Assembly (NCBI GenBank): GCA_020446945.1
Contig: JAGRDS010000002.1
Coordinates: 190,194-254,193 of the forward strand
Direction: 5' to 3'
DNA: 64,000 nucleotides
From: Parvularculaceae bacterium
GTDB taxonomy: Bacteria; Pseudomonadota; Alphaproteobacteria; Caulobacterales; Parvularculaceae
Under the pieces are notes generated by a model. It did not search any database and was not told where the DNA came from. It was given only the letters and a program-made list of their open reading frames with translations. The position numbers and the translations under genes were made by a program. Below, one piece after another: positions 34,288 to 44,286 of this stretch. Every line of letters starts with the position of its first letter. Positions within the stretch are counted from its first letter, which is position 1.

Positions 34288-35445
34288 ATGACCGATCTTT
34301 CAAATCAAATCGCCTGGCTCGCCCGTCTCGTCGCGCATGACACGACGTCTTCCCGATCGAACCTCAACCTGATCGAGGATGTCGAACCCGTGTTGAAGGC
34401 CCATGGCGCGCAGACTTTCCGCGTCTGGAACGAAGACCGGACGAAAGCCAATCTCTACGCCGTTATCGGTCCGCTGGTCGAAGGCGGGGTTATCCTCTCC
34501 GGCCATACCGATGTCGTGCCGGTCGAAGGTCAGGCCTGGTCGAGCGATCCGTGGACGCTGACGGAAAGGGATGGGAAGCTTTACGGGCGCGGCGCCTGCG
34601 ATATGAAAGCGTTTTCGGCGATCGCGCTGTCGCTGCTTCCCGAAATGGCGAAAGCGGATCTGAAACGCCCGATCATTTTCGCGCTTTCCTATGATGAGGA
34701 AATCGGCCTTCTCGGCGCGCCGCATATGATCGCCGAAATCAGGGACAGATTGCCGGCGCCGTCGGCGGTCATCGTCGGCGAGCCGACCATGATGAAAGTC
34801 ATCGACGGCCATAAGGGGATCGCGTCTTTCAGGACGAACGTTACGGGTTTCACGACGCATTCAAGCCAGACCGACCGCGGCGTTTCCGCAGTCGAGATCG
34901 CGGCGAGGCTCATTGCGAAACTGTCCGACATGCGTGCGGCGCGCGCGCAGGGCGCCGATCCGGCCAGCCCGTTCGCGCCGCCCTATTCGTCGATGACCGT
35001 GAATGTCGTCAAAGGCGGCACGCAGTTGAACATCATGGCCGGCCATTGCGAATTCAACTGGGATTGCCGCGTCATTCCCGGCGACAGCGCGCAAGGCGTC
35101 CTCGACGAATTCAATGAATTCGCGCGCGCGATCGAAACGGAAATCCGCATGAAATCGCCGCAATGCGCGATCGTAACCGAACAGATCACCGATGCGCCGC
35201 CCCTCGCGCCGAGCGAAAGGAACGAAGCGGCCGACCTCGCCAAGGCGATCACCGGCCGCAATGCGAGCGAAGTCGTTTCCTATTGCGCGGAGGCCGGACA
35301 ATTTCAGCAGGCCGGGTTTTCGACTGTCATTTGCGGCCCGGGGTCGATTGACCAGGCCCATCAGGCGGACGAATATGTCGCCGTCAGCCAGATTGCGGAA
35401 GGTGCGGCGTTCATCCGCAAACTGATTACGCGCCTCGAAACCTGA
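34288..35445 (+). CDS. argE: M20-family metallopeptidase, acetylornithine deacetylase-like
   Basis: 385 aa with motifs LSGHTDVVPV, GRGACDMKAF and SYDEEIG. Confidence 0.7.
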   Translation: MTDLSNQIAWLARLVAHDTTSSRSNLNLIEDVEPVLKAHGAQTFRVWNEDRTKANLYAVIGPLVEGGVILSGHTDVVPVEGQAWSSDPWTLTERDGKLYGRGACDMKAFSAIALSLLPEMAKADLKRPIIFALSYDEEIGLLGAPHMIAEIRDRLPAPSAVIVGEPTMMKVIDGHKGIASFRTNVTGFTTHSSQTDRGVSAVEIAARLIAKLSDMRAARAQGADPASPFAPPYSSMTVNVVKGGTQLNIMAGHCEFNWDCRVIPGDSAQGVLDEFNEFARAIETEIRMKSPQCAIVTEQITDAPPLAPSERNEAADLAKAITGRNASEVVSYCAEAGQFQQAGFSTVICGPGSIDQAHQADEYVAVSQIAEGAAFIRKLITRLET

Positions 35446-35464
35446 TCTTCATCGGAGATTCGTT

Positions 35465-35857
35465 ATGACGCCTGTTCAAGCCGCCGCCTTCTGGATCGGC
35501 GTCAACGCCCTGTTCCTCATCTATGTCAGTTATCGCGTCGGCCGCGCGCGCATCGGCACGCGGACCAATCTCGGCGACGGCGGCGGCAACGACATAATGG
35601 TCAAGGCGATCAGGACGCAGGGCAATTACATCGAATATGCGCCGGCCGCGTTGCTGGGGCTTTTCCTGCTCGCTGAACTCGGTCTCGGCGCGATATGGAT
35701 TCACCTGCTCGGCGCGCTGTTTTTCTTCGCGCGCGTTTCCCATCTTCTCGGCCTCGGCATGGATGTCTGGTCGAAAGGGCGTTTCATCGGCACGCTTTTG
35801 ACCATGGTGACGCTTCTCCTGACCGCGCTGTTGCTGATCTGGAAAGCGTTTAGCTAA
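35465..35857 (+). CDS. MAPEG-family membrane protein
   Basis: 130 aa with 3-4 TM segments and the motif RAIRTQGNYIEYAPAALL typical of MAPEG/GST-like membrane proteins. Confidence 0.75.
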   Translation: MTPVQAAAFWIGVNALFLIYVSYRVGRARIGTRTNLGDGGGNDIMVKAIRTQGNYIEYAPAALLGLFLLAELGLGAIWIHLLGALFFFARVSHLLGLGMDVWSKGRFIGTLLTMVTLLLTALLLIWKAFS

Positions 35858-35865
35858 ATCTTTAC

Positions 35866-35926
35866 CGGCGTTAAGAATGTTTGATGAATTGGCGTCTTGC
35901 GGCGTTAAAATTCTTTACGGCGAATT
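35866..35926 (+). repeat. Direct repeats CGGCGTTAA (35866-35874 and 35900-35908) plus the variant CGGCGAATT (35918-35926) in an AT-rich leader
   Basis: Read directly from the sequence. They lie 58-118 bp upstream of the GTG start at 35984. Confidence 0.5.
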
Positions 35927-35983
35927 TACCCTGAACTGACAGCGTAGCGCGCATCGACAGATCGCAAGGATCAGGGGCGTTAC

Positions 35984-37348
35984 GTGAAACGGATCACTCA
36001 TTGTCGGGCGTGCGGATCGGGCGCTTTGTCTGCTGCGTTCACGCTGGATGACGCGGAATTGAATTCCGGCAGGACAAGCGTCATCTCACGCGCGAAAGCG
36101 CGCCCGGCTGAATTCGTCATCTGCGATCCGTCGAAAGACGTTCACGCCTGCGGACTTGTGCAAAATGCGTTCGCCGGCGGCGACGTGCGCCGGCGCGCCG
36201 CGCCGTCGGCCGCATTCCGCACGGTTCGCTCAAGCCTGCGCTCGCTGGCGACGGAAGGGCTGGAACTCATATCGGGGCGCGATTGCGCTGCGCTTGATAT
36301 CGGTTGCTCCGACGGCACGCTATTGTCTTTCTATCCGCGTTGGGTCGATCGTTTCGGCGTTGATCCGTGTGAAGATGTCGATCAGATCGGCGATTGGGCG
36401 TGGACCGCAAAAACGACGTTCCCGTCGGCCGATCTTGACCGCGCATTCGCCGGAAAGAAATTCGACCTGATCACCGCTTCCTCCGTGCTGGAGGAGATAG
36501 ATGAACCGCGCGCCTTTTTCGCGCGTATCAAATCCCTATTGACCGAAGACGGCGTGCTGGCGCTTGAAACGCGCAATCTTTCCATGGTGTTGACGCGCAC
36601 GGCGGGCGAGGCGTTTGTCGGCGTCGCCGCAGTCTACTCGATCGCCGTCCTTGAACGCATCCTGCGCGACTGCGAGCTTAAGATTTTCCGCGGCGCGCTG
36701 ACAGAGAAAGAGGGCGGTTCGATCCGTCTCTTTATTACGCACGCCGAAGCGGCCGACTATGATTTTGATCCGTGGTATGAACGCCTTGCGCAATTGTGGG
36801 ATGAAGAAAACGCGCTTTCCCTGCGCGCGCGCGCGCCGTACCAGGCGTTCCAGCATCGCGCCAACGAGGCGCAAGCCGCTTTCCGCGCCATGATGGCCGA
36901 TATCGCCGAGCGCGGCGAACGCGCGCATCTGCTGGGCGCCGACGCCGGCGCGCAAATGCTCTGCGCCTGGGCCGGAAAGCATGCGAAAGCCATAGAGGCG
37001 GCGATCGCGCCCGGCGAATTCGACGAAGGCGCGCGCCTTGCGCCGGGCGGACCATCGCTCATCGCCGAAACCCATTCGCGCGCGCTCGAACCCGACTACA
37101 TTATCGGGCGGCCGGCGCTGAAACGCGAAATCCTTGAGCGCTGGCGCGATCCTATCCTGCGCGGCGCCCGGATTATATTCGCAACGCCTCACCCTTATGT
37201 CGTTCACGCCGGCAATTTCGCCGCCGAGTTCGGTAAATCCCTCTCCGGCGCGGATGGAGCGGGCGGCGCGGAAAACCTGCGCGCGATTTTGAGCGCCGCA
37301 GGCGGATTGCGCCTTGTCGTCGATCGCGCGGGGCGCAAAAGCGCCTAG
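35984..37348 (+). CDS. Class I SAM-dependent methyltransferase, NDP-hexose C-methyltransferase-like (N-terminal Zn-ribbon)
   Basis: 454 aa with a GTG start. It has an N-terminal CRACGS motif, SAM motif I (ALDIGCSDGTLL) and FDLITASSVLEEID. Confidence 0.7.
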   Translation: MKRITHCRACGSGALSAAFTLDDAELNSGRTSVISRAKARPAEFVICDPSKDVHACGLVQNAFAGGDVRRRAAPSAAFRTVRSSLRSLATEGLELISGRDCAALDIGCSDGTLLSFYPRWVDRFGVDPCEDVDQIGDWAWTAKTTFPSADLDRAFAGKKFDLITASSVLEEIDEPRAFFARIKSLLTEDGVLALETRNLSMVLTRTAGEAFVGVAAVYSIAVLERILRDCELKIFRGALTEKEGGSIRLFITHAEAADYDFDPWYERLAQLWDEENALSLRARAPYQAFQHRANEAQAAFRAMMADIAERGERAHLLGADAGAQMLCAWAGKHAKAIEAAIAPGEFDEGARLAPGGPSLIAETHSRALEPDYIIGRPALKREILERWRDPILRGARIIFATPHPYVVHAGNFAAEFGKSLSGADGAGGAENLRAILSAAGGLRLVVDRAGRKSA

Positions 37349-38088
37349 ATTTTCCCGGTTGAAATAAAGCGGCGCGTTGCGCCTTCGAGAACGATGGCGG
37401 TAAGCGCGCCGGACCAGACGGCGCCAGTGTCGACATCGATGCGCCAGCCGGCGTCGAGTGGCTTTTTAACAGGATGATGGCCGTGAACGACGATTTTGTC
37501 CGGTCGCTCATCAGCGCGCGCATTGTGAAAGGCGCTGCGAATCCAGAGGCAGTCCTCCGGCGCCTGCGCGTCCAGCGCAAGGCCCGGTTTGAACCCGGCA
37601 TGCACGAAGGCGTAGTCGCCGAGAACTTCATAGAGGGTGAGTTCGCGCAGGAATGAACGGTGCGCCTCGGGAAGGCGTCGGGCGAAATCCCGCGCCAGGG
37701 TGTCGGGGCGCCGCGTCCACACATCGCCGACGCCGTAACTTTCAAGCGTTTTGTCGCCGCCCCAGTGGAGCCATTCCTCGTTCAGATCGGGCCGCTCCAG
37801 AAAATCGAGCATCGCCTGTTCGTGGTTGCCCTTCAGGAATATCGAGTCGGGGCGCTCGGCCTTCACCTTCAAAAGCGCATCGATGACGCCTTTGGAATCG
37901 GCGCCGCGATCGACGTAATCGCCGAGAAAGATGAGGCGCGCCGGCGCGCCCGCGCTGTCTTTTTCGATCAATTCCAGAAGCGCGCCCAAAAGCGCCGCGC
38001 AGCCGTGAATATCGCCGACGGCATAGAGCCGGACGCCGTCCGGCGCCCTCGATTTCGGCGCTCCGCCCCCGAAAAGTTTATTGAGCAT
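37345..38088 (-). CDS. Metallophosphoesterase (Ser/Thr phosphatase / ApaH-like)
   Basis: 247 aa with motifs GDIHGC, GDYVDRG and GNHE. Confidence 0.85.
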   Translation of the reverse strand: MLNKLFGGGAPKSRAPDGVRLYAVGDIHGCAALLGALLELIEKDSAGAPARLIFLGDYVDRGADSKGVIDALLKVKAERPDSIFLKGNHEQAMLDFLERPDLNEEWLHWGGDKTLESYGVGDVWTRRPDTLARDFARRLPEAHRSFLRELTLYEVLGDYAFVHAGFKPGLALDAQAPEDCLWIRSAFHNARADERPDKIVVHGHHPVKKPLDAGWRIDVDTGAVWSGALTAIVLEGATRRFISTGKI

Positions 38089-38203
38089 GAGTTCAATCCG
38101 CGCCGCAATTGAGCGTATAATACGGGTGCTTGAGGATGATAGGCAAACAGCGCGACAATAGGCGCGGTTTGATGTTGCGAAAGTTAATTCCAGGGGCGAC
38201 GGC

Positions 38204-39202
38204 TTGGCTATTCTGGTGACCGGCGGCGCCGGCTATGTCGGCGCGCACATGCTGCTGGCGCTCGCGGAGGCGGGCGAGGAGGCTATCGCGCTCGACGATC
38301 TGTCGAGCGGCGCGCGCTGGATGGCGCCCGATCCGGCGCGTCTCGTCGTCGCCGATGTCGGCGAGCGCGAACTTGTCATGCGCCTGTTGCGCGACCGCAG
38401 GATCAGGGAGGTCATTCACTTCGCCGGTTCGACGCTGGTGCCGGAATCGCTGCAAAAGCCGCTCCATTATTACTGGAACAATACGGCGAAAACCGTAGCG
38501 CTGCTTGAGGCCTGCGTCGCGTGCAAAGTCGAACGGTTCATTTTTTCCTCGACCGCCGCCGTTTATGGAACGCCGGATCAGTCCCCGGTGAACGAAAACT
38601 CCGCGATCCATTCTATTACGCCCTATGGCGCGTCGATGGCGATGAGCGAGCGCATCGTCGAAGATGCAGCCAAAGCCCACGGGATCGGTTACGCCACCTT
38701 GCGCTATTTCAATGTCGCCGGCGCCGATCCGAAAGGGCGCGCCGGACAGATCGGCAAACCGACGCACCTCATTCGCGTCGCCGCGCAGATCGCCGTCGGC
38801 GCGCGGGCCGAAAAGCTGCAGGTTTACGGCGCCGATTACGCAACGCCGGACGGTACGGCGATACGCGATTACGTGCATGTGTCCGATCTCGCCGACGCGC
38901 ACCTCGCCGCGCTGGCGCGCCTGAGAGCCGGAGGCTCTTCAGAAATCATGAATGTAGGCTATGGCCGCGGCTATTCCGTATACGAAGTGATAGAGGCGTT
39001 CGAGCGCGTCTCCGGCAGGAAGCTCGAACATGAAATCGGGCCGCGCCGGCCCGGCGATCCGGCGCAGTTGATCGCCGATACGGCCGCAATCCGCACTGAA
39101 CTCGACTGGCGTCCGCGATATGACGAGATCGACTTCATCGTGAAAACGGCGATCGACTGGGAAAGGGCGCGGTCAAGACACCCGAAAGAGCCCGCCGCAT
39201 GA
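38204..39202 (+). CDS. galE: UDP-glucose 4-epimerase
   Basis: 332 aa with a TTG start. Motifs are VTGGAGYVG, SSTAAVYG and YGASM (YxxxK region). Confidence 0.88.
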   Translation: MAILVTGGAGYVGAHMLLALAEAGEEAIALDDLSSGARWMAPDPARLVVADVGERELVMRLLRDRRIREVIHFAGSTLVPESLQKPLHYYWNNTAKTVALLEACVACKVERFIFSSTAAVYGTPDQSPVNENSAIHSITPYGASMAMSERIVEDAAKAHGIGYATLRYFNVAGADPKGRAGQIGKPTHLIRVAAQIAVGARAEKLQVYGADYATPDGTAIRDYVHVSDLADAHLAALARLRAGGSSEIMNVGYGRGYSVYEVIEAFERVSGRKLEHEIGPRRPGDPAQLIADTAAIRTELDWRPRYDEIDFIVKTAIDWERARSRHPKEPAA

Positions 39203-39609
39203 ATGTTCGGCTTTTCTGGCGCGGCGTATTCATTCTCCTGTTCGTTTTCGTCACCTGGCTGACGCTGACGCCCAATCCCGATGAAACGAAACCGAGCCTT
39301 GCGATCGCGCGGTTTATTGCGCAGCTGATTTTTCACGATCAAAGCCTCGGCGACAAGGTTGCGCATTTTCTCGCCTATTCGGCGCTTGGCGGTTCAGCCG
39401 CTTTGTCCGGGTTCGCGATTGGCGGGCGGCGCGCGGCACTCATCGCGGCGCTGGCGGTTTACGGCGCATTGCTTGAATATGTGCAAGGGCTGGGCGGCGT
39501 CAGATCGCCCGAGCTTGCCGACGCGGTCGCAAATTCGCTCGGCGCCCTTTTTTCCTTTCCGGTCGCGCTTTTTTTTGAGCGGCTTGCTGCGAGGACGCCA
39601 TCGACATGA
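39199..39609 (+). CDS. VanZ-family membrane protein
   Basis: 136 aa with 4 TM segments and a VanZ-like pattern (DKVAHFLAY...EYVQ). It has ATGA overlaps with both neighbours. Confidence 0.7.
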   Translation: MNVRLFWRGVFILLFVFVTWLTLTPNPDETKPSLAIARFIAQLIFHDQSLGDKVAHFLAYSALGGSAALSGFAIGGRRAALIAALAVYGALLEYVQGLGGVRSPELADAVANSLGALFSFPVALFFERLAARTPST

Positions 39610-40328
39610 AGGCCGTTATCATCATCCCGGCCAGGCTCGCCTCGACGCGCCTTGCGCGAAAGCTGCTTCTCGATCTCGCCGGCAAACCCGTCCTGCAACG
39701 CACCTATGAGCAGGCGCTGAAATCAAAACGCGCCGATCGCGTGATTATTGCAACCGACAGCGATGAAATTGCGCGCGCGGCCGCGGCGTTCGGCGCAGAG
39801 ACGGTGATGACGCGCGCCGATCACCAATCGGGAAGCGAGCGTATTGCGCAAGCCGCACGTTCGTTTGATGCGGAAATTATCGCCAATATCCAGGGCGATG
39901 AACCGGAAATCGATCCGGCCCATATCGACGCGCTGATAGAAGCGCAGGAAATCGCGCAGCTGTTCGCCTCGACGCTCGCCTGCCCGTTTCCCGATCATAT
40001 CGATCCCGCCTATCCGGCGGCCGTCAAGGCGACGCCCGCCGGCGCGCTGGACGAAAAAAGGCGGATTTTCGAAGCCAGGGATTTTTCGCGCATGCCGCCG
40101 ACCGGCGGCGATTTCTTCCTTCATATCGGCGCCTACGCCTATTCGTCGGATTCGCTTCAGCGTTTCATCTCCCTTCCGCGCGGCGCGCGCGAAAAATCCG
40201 AAAGCCTTGAACAATTGAGGATTATCGAAAACGGCCGGCGGATCGCCCTTCGCATCGTCGACCGCGCCGCGCGCGGAATCGACACCATCGAAGACCTTGA
40301 AGCGGCCCGCCTTCGCCTCGGTGAGTAG
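39606..40328 (+). CDS. kdsB: 3-deoxy-manno-octulosonate cytidylyltransferase (CMP-KDO synthetase)
   Basis: 240 aa reading MKAVIIIPARLASTRLARK...NIQGDEP. Confidence 0.88.
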   Translation: MKAVIIIPARLASTRLARKLLLDLAGKPVLQRTYEQALKSKRADRVIIATDSDEIARAAAAFGAETVMTRADHQSGSERIAQAARSFDAEIIANIQGDEPEIDPAHIDALIEAQEIAQLFASTLACPFPDHIDPAYPAAVKATPAGALDEKRRIFEARDFSRMPPTGGDFFLHIGAYAYSSDSLQRFISLPRGAREKSESLEQLRIIENGRRIALRIVDRAARGIDTIEDLEAARLRLGE

Positions 40329-40352
40329 ACTTCTGCGTCCCGACGCATGAAA

Positions 40353-40384
40353 AACGGCGCCGACGTTTTCAGATCGGCGCCGTT
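40353..40384. terminator. Bidirectional hairpin AACGGCGCCGA-(10 nt)-TCGGCGCCGTT between kdsB and a convergent small ORF
   Basis: An 11-bp perfect stem. TTTT follows immediately on the minus strand, and a T5 run lies 9 nt downstream on the plus strand. Confidence 0.65.
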
Positions 40385-40439
40385 CGGGTCTCCTGTTTTT
40401 CGTTGTCCCTTTCGCCTGAATTCGCCCCTCACCCGCAGA

Positions 40440-40529
40440 TCAGGCGAACGAGGCGAGGGCGTAAGCCGCAGGGAACAGGGCGGCGATGACGATAACCGCC
40501 GCTGCGGTCGCTGAAAGCATTCTGGCCAT
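40440..40529 (-). CDS. Candidate 29-aa hydrophobic small protein (MARMLSATAAAVIVIAALFPAAYALASFA)
   Basis: The strong SD reads AAAAAGGAGAGAGAAA-ATG. It has a single predicted TM helix. A terminator hairpin lies 55 nt downstream. It is below the ORF-track size cut-off and appears only as the tail of a spurious long ORF. Confidence 0.45.
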   Translation of the reverse strand: MARMLSATAAAVIVIAALFPAAYALASFA

Positions 40530-40808
40530 TTTCTCTCTCCTTTTTATCGTTGTCGCCGTTTCCGGCTTGAGCGTCAGATAGGCGCTGAAAGATAAAATGG
40601 AACACCCTGCGCCGCCGTTTCGCCGCTTTTTAGGCGCCGTTGGTCGAGCGGCGGATTGACGCAAACGGCTCGGCGCGCCGGACGGTCGCTTCGGCGTTGA
40701 CGATTTTGCGCGCGCCGCGCGGGAGGTGCGGCTTAACGTGCGCCCCGGCGCGCCAAGTAGACCTTTCGCGGTTGGTGCGCTAACAACCGGACCGCACAGG
40801 GAGTTCTC

Positions 40809-41513
40809 ATGGAAAAGATCTGCAAGGACGCGCAATCGGCCCTCGATGGGCTTTTGTTTGACGGCATGACGATCATGGCCGGCGGTTTCGGACTTTGCGG
40901 CATCCCGGAAAACCTGATTCTCGCGATCCGCGATTCCGGCGTCAAAAATCTCACCGTCATTTCGAACAATGCCGGCGTCGACGGGTTCGGCCTCGGCATG
41001 CTCTTGAATACGCGCCAGGTGAAGAAAATGATCTCGTCCTATGTCGGCGAGAACAAGGAGTTCGAGCGCCAGTTTCTGGCGGGCGAGCTTGAGCTTGAAT
41101 TCAATCCTCAAGGAACGCTCGCCGAACGTTGCCGTGCGGGCGGCGCCGGCATTCCGGCTTTTTACACCAGGACAGGCGTCGGCACCCTCATCGCGGAGGG
41201 TAAGGAGCATAAGGACTTCAACGGCGAGACCTACATCATGGAAACCGGGCTCGTCGCCGATCTTGCAATCGTAAAAGCCTGGAAAGGCGACAGTCAGGGC
41301 AATCTTGTCTATCGCAAGACGGCGCGGAACTTTAACCCGATGATGGCGACGGCCGGTAAGGCGACGGTCGCGGAAGTGGAGGAAATCGTCGATCTCGGCT
41401 CGCTCGATCCCGACGGCATCCATACGCCGGGCATATTCGTGCAGCGCCTCATAAAAGGCGAACATGAAAAGCGCATCGAACAACGAACCGTCCGCCAGAG
41501 GGAGACCGCGTAA
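40809..41513 (+). CDS. scoA: 3-oxoacid CoA-transferase subunit A
   Basis: 234 aa reading [20 protein letters not shown]...SYVGENK. Confidence 0.9.
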   Translation: MEKICKDAQSALDGLLFDGMTIMAGGFGLCGIPENLILAIRDSGVKNLTVISNNAGVDGFGLGMLLNTRQVKKMISSYVGENKEFERQFLAGELELEFNPQGTLAERCRAGGAGIPAFYTRTGVGTLIAEGKEHKDFNGETYIMETGLVADLAIVKAWKGDSQGNLVYRKTARNFNPMMATAGKATVAEVEEIVDLGSLDPDGIHTPGIFVQRLIKGEHEKRIEQRTVRQRETA

Positions 41514-42157
41514 TGGCCTGGGACAGAAACCAGATGGCGGCCCGCGCCGCGAAAGAACTGAAAGACGGGTTTTACGTCAATCTGGGCATCGGCATACCGA
41601 CGCTCGTTGCGAATTATATTCCCGACGGCGTCGATGTTACGCTGCAGTCTGAAAACGGCATGCTGGGGATGGGGCCGTTCCCCTATGAAGATGAAGTCGA
41701 CGCCGACCTGATCAACGCCGGCAAGCAGACGATTACGGAGCTTCGCCGCACGTCGTATTTTTCCTCCGCCGATTCTTTCGGCATGATCCGCGGCGGGCAT
41801 ATCGACCTGTCGATTCTGGGCGCGATGGAAGTGTCCGAAAAGGGCGATCTCGCCAACTGGATGATTCCGGGGAAAATGGTGAAAGGGATGGGCGGCGCGA
41901 TGGATCTTGTCGCCGGCGTCAAGCGCGTCGTCGTCGTTATGGATCACGCTTCGAAATCGGGCGAGGCCAAACTGCTGCATAAATGCGCGCTGCCGCTTAC
42001 GGGCAAGCAGGTCGTCGATATGGTGATCACCAATCTCGGCGTTTTCGAGATTGCACGCGGGGAAGGCATGAAACTTGTCGAACTCGCCGATGGCGTAACG
42101 CTCGATGAGGTCAAGGCGCAGACTGAGGCGGATTACAGCGTCGCACTGAAAAATTGA
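41513..42157 (+). CDS. scoB: 3-oxoacid CoA-transferase subunit B
   Basis: 214 aa with the active-site region [12 protein letters not shown]. Its start overlaps the scoA stop. Confidence 0.9.
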   Translation: MAWDRNQMAARAAKELKDGFYVNLGIGIPTLVANYIPDGVDVTLQSENGMLGMGPFPYEDEVDADLINAGKQTITELRRTSYFSSADSFGMIRGGHIDLSILGAMEVSEKGDLANWMIPGKMVKGMGGAMDLVAGVKRVVVVMDHASKSGEAKLLHKCALPLTGKQVVDMVITNLGVFEIARGEGMKLVELADGVTLDEVKAQTEADYSVALKN

Positions 42158-42224
42158 CCCGCCGAACGCGCGCGTGCAGGCGCGGCGAGCCGGTTGCGTT
42201 CCGGACGAAATCGCTTGTCCCGGT

Positions 42225-42536
42225 TCAGCGCAATGGCGATGCTGCGCGCGCGTCTTGCGCCGGCATTCGCGGCGCGGCCTTCCTCCAGGGGTAAAGGAGC
42301 TGCCCGACATAATCGTTCGGCGGCGGATCATCGACGCCATACCGGTCCGGCATCTTGTCGGCCGGCATGTAAAGCGTGCCGAACAGGCGATCGATTAGCG
42401 GAATCTGGCCGGCGAAGTTTTTGTCGAACGCTTCTTTCTGATTGGCGTGGTGCCAATGATGAAAGCGGGGGGAGGCGAAAACATGACGCAACGGACCGAC
42501 CGGCATATATTGAACCGGGGCGTCACCCTTAATCAA
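42225..42536 (-). pseudogene. C-terminal remnant of a fatty-acid hydroxylase / sterol desaturase superfamily gene
   Basis: The 103-aa ORF carries only the last His box (FHHWHHANQ...NFAGQIPLIDRLFGTLY). The region where the N-terminal two-thirds should lie is occupied by the 3' end of the MFS gene, with an 8-nt overlap. Confidence 0.6.
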
Positions 42537-44193
42537 AATGATGGACCTGCCGGTCTTTCGTTTCCGGCAGCAGCAGGACGCCGATTATAAACGTCGCGCC
42601 GGCGATCGCGATTGGATACCAAAGTCCGGAATAGACATTCCCGGTCGCCGCGACGATTGCAAATGCGGTCGTCGGCAGGAAGCCGCCAAACCAGCCATTG
42701 CCGATATGATAAGGCAGCGACATCGAGGTGTACCGCACACGTGCGGGAAACAGCTCGACGAGCGCCGCGGCGAGCGGCCCGTAAGACATCGTCTGTATTG
42801 CGACAAAAAGGGCGATGATGAAAATGACAAGCGGTTTGTTGACCGCTTGCGCGTCGGCGCGTTCGGGATAACCTGCGTCTTTCAGCGCCGCCCTGACGCG
42901 CGCTGAGAAATCGGCGATCGCCGCCGGCTTTTGCGCGCCGTCGAGCCGGTGAGGGTCTGGCGCCGCCAGCCGTATGTCGCCTATCATTACAAGCGCCGTC
43001 GCGCCGGCGTCGGCCTTTTCGTTTTTGTAGGAAACGCCGTCGCGCGTCAGAAGGGATTTCGCGATATCGCACGATGTCCGGTCGAATTTCGTTTTGCCGA
43101 CCGGGTCGAACTGGAGCGAGCATTCTTCCGCGTCGGCAAGAACCGTGACGGGCGCCGTTTTCTGCGCCTGGGAAAGCGCAGGGTTCGCCGCCGCTGAAAG
43201 GGCGTGGAACAGCGGAAGGTAAAACACCGCAGCGATGGCGAGCCCCGCCATCAGAATCGGCTTTCGCCCGACGCGGTCGCTCAGCCATCCGAACAGCACA
43301 TAGAACGGCGCGCCGATTACAAGCCCCGCCGTGACGAGGATGTTCGCAGTGAACGGATCGACTTTCAAAATTCGATCCAGAAAGAAAAGTATGTAGAAGG
43401 TGCTGGCGTAGAAGGAAACCGCCTGGCCGGCGACAAGGCCGAAAAGCGCGATAAGCACAAGACGCAGGTTGCGCCATTCGCCGAACGCTTCCTTGTACGG
43501 CGCATTCGAAGTCGCGCTTTCCGCTTTCATCTTCTGGAAGACGGGGCTCTCGCTCAGCTTGAGACGAATCCACATCGACAGCCCAAGCAGGAAGATGGAA
43601 ACCAGGAACGGCACCCGCCATCCCCAATCGGAAAATATTTCCGGCGCAATCATCGAGCGCACGAGCATGATGACAAGCAGGGAGAGGATGAGGCCGCCGA
43701 CAGCCGTTGTTTGAATCCAGCTTGTCTGGAAACCGCGCCTGTTCGCAGGCGCATGTTCGGCGACATAAATCGCCGCGCCGCCGTATTCGCCGCCGATCGC
43801 AAGCCCCTGGAGGAGGCGCAGGAGGACGAGAATGACCGGCGCCGCGATCCCGATTGAATCGTAACCGGGCAAAAGGCCGACCGCAAAGGTCGACAACCCC
43901 ATCAGCCCCATTGTTACGAGAAACGTGTTCTTTCGTCCGACGATATCGCCGACGCGGCCAAAGACGAGCGCGCCGAGCGGGCGGACGATAAAACCCGCCG
44001 CGAATGCGGCCAGCGCGAATATAAACGAAGTCGTTTCATTGACGGCGGAGAAAAAGTGCCGGGCGATCTCGCTCGCCAGCGCGCCATAAAGGAAAAAGTC
44101 GTACCATTCGAACAATGTGCCGAGCGATGACGCCCCGACGACCAGCGTTTCATTGGATTTTTGCGGCGTCGTCGTCGCGGCGGCGTTGTTCAT
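42529..44193 (-). CDS. MFS transporter, metabolite:H+ symporter (MHS)-like, with a ~130-aa soluble insertion late in the protein
   Basis: 554 aa reading GTLFEWYDFFLYG...GRVGDIVGRKNTF... The insertion (ALSQAQKTAPVTV...ERADAQAVNK) lies between TM segments. Confidence 0.88.
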   Translation of the reverse strand: MNNAAATTTPQKSNETLVVGASSLGTLFEWYDFFLYGALASEIARHFFSAVNETTSFIFALAAFAAGFIVRPLGALVFGRVGDIVGRKNTFLVTMGLMGLSTFAVGLLPGYDSIGIAAPVILVLLRLLQGLAIGGEYGGAAIYVAEHAPANRRGFQTSWIQTTAVGGLILSLLVIMLVRSMIAPEIFSDWGWRVPFLVSIFLLGLSMWIRLKLSESPVFQKMKAESATSNAPYKEAFGEWRNLRLVLIALFGLVAGQAVSFYASTFYILFFLDRILKVDPFTANILVTAGLVIGAPFYVLFGWLSDRVGRKPILMAGLAIAAVFYLPLFHALSAAANPALSQAQKTAPVTVLADAEECSLQFDPVGKTKFDRTSCDIAKSLLTRDGVSYKNEKADAGATALVMIGDIRLAAPDPHRLDGAQKPAAIADFSARVRAALKDAGYPERADAQAVNKPLVIFIIALFVAIQTMSYGPLAAALVELFPARVRYTSMSLPYHIGNGWFGGFLPTTAFAIVAATGNVYSGLWYPIAIAGATFIIGVLLLPETKDRQVHHFD

Positions 44194-44286
44194 GTATCCG
44201 GCTCATTTTTTGGGGGATGTGAACGCGACGAGGAACCGTGCAATTTGCGCAGGCGCCGGCGCGGAAATCAACCCGCCGGCGCGCTC

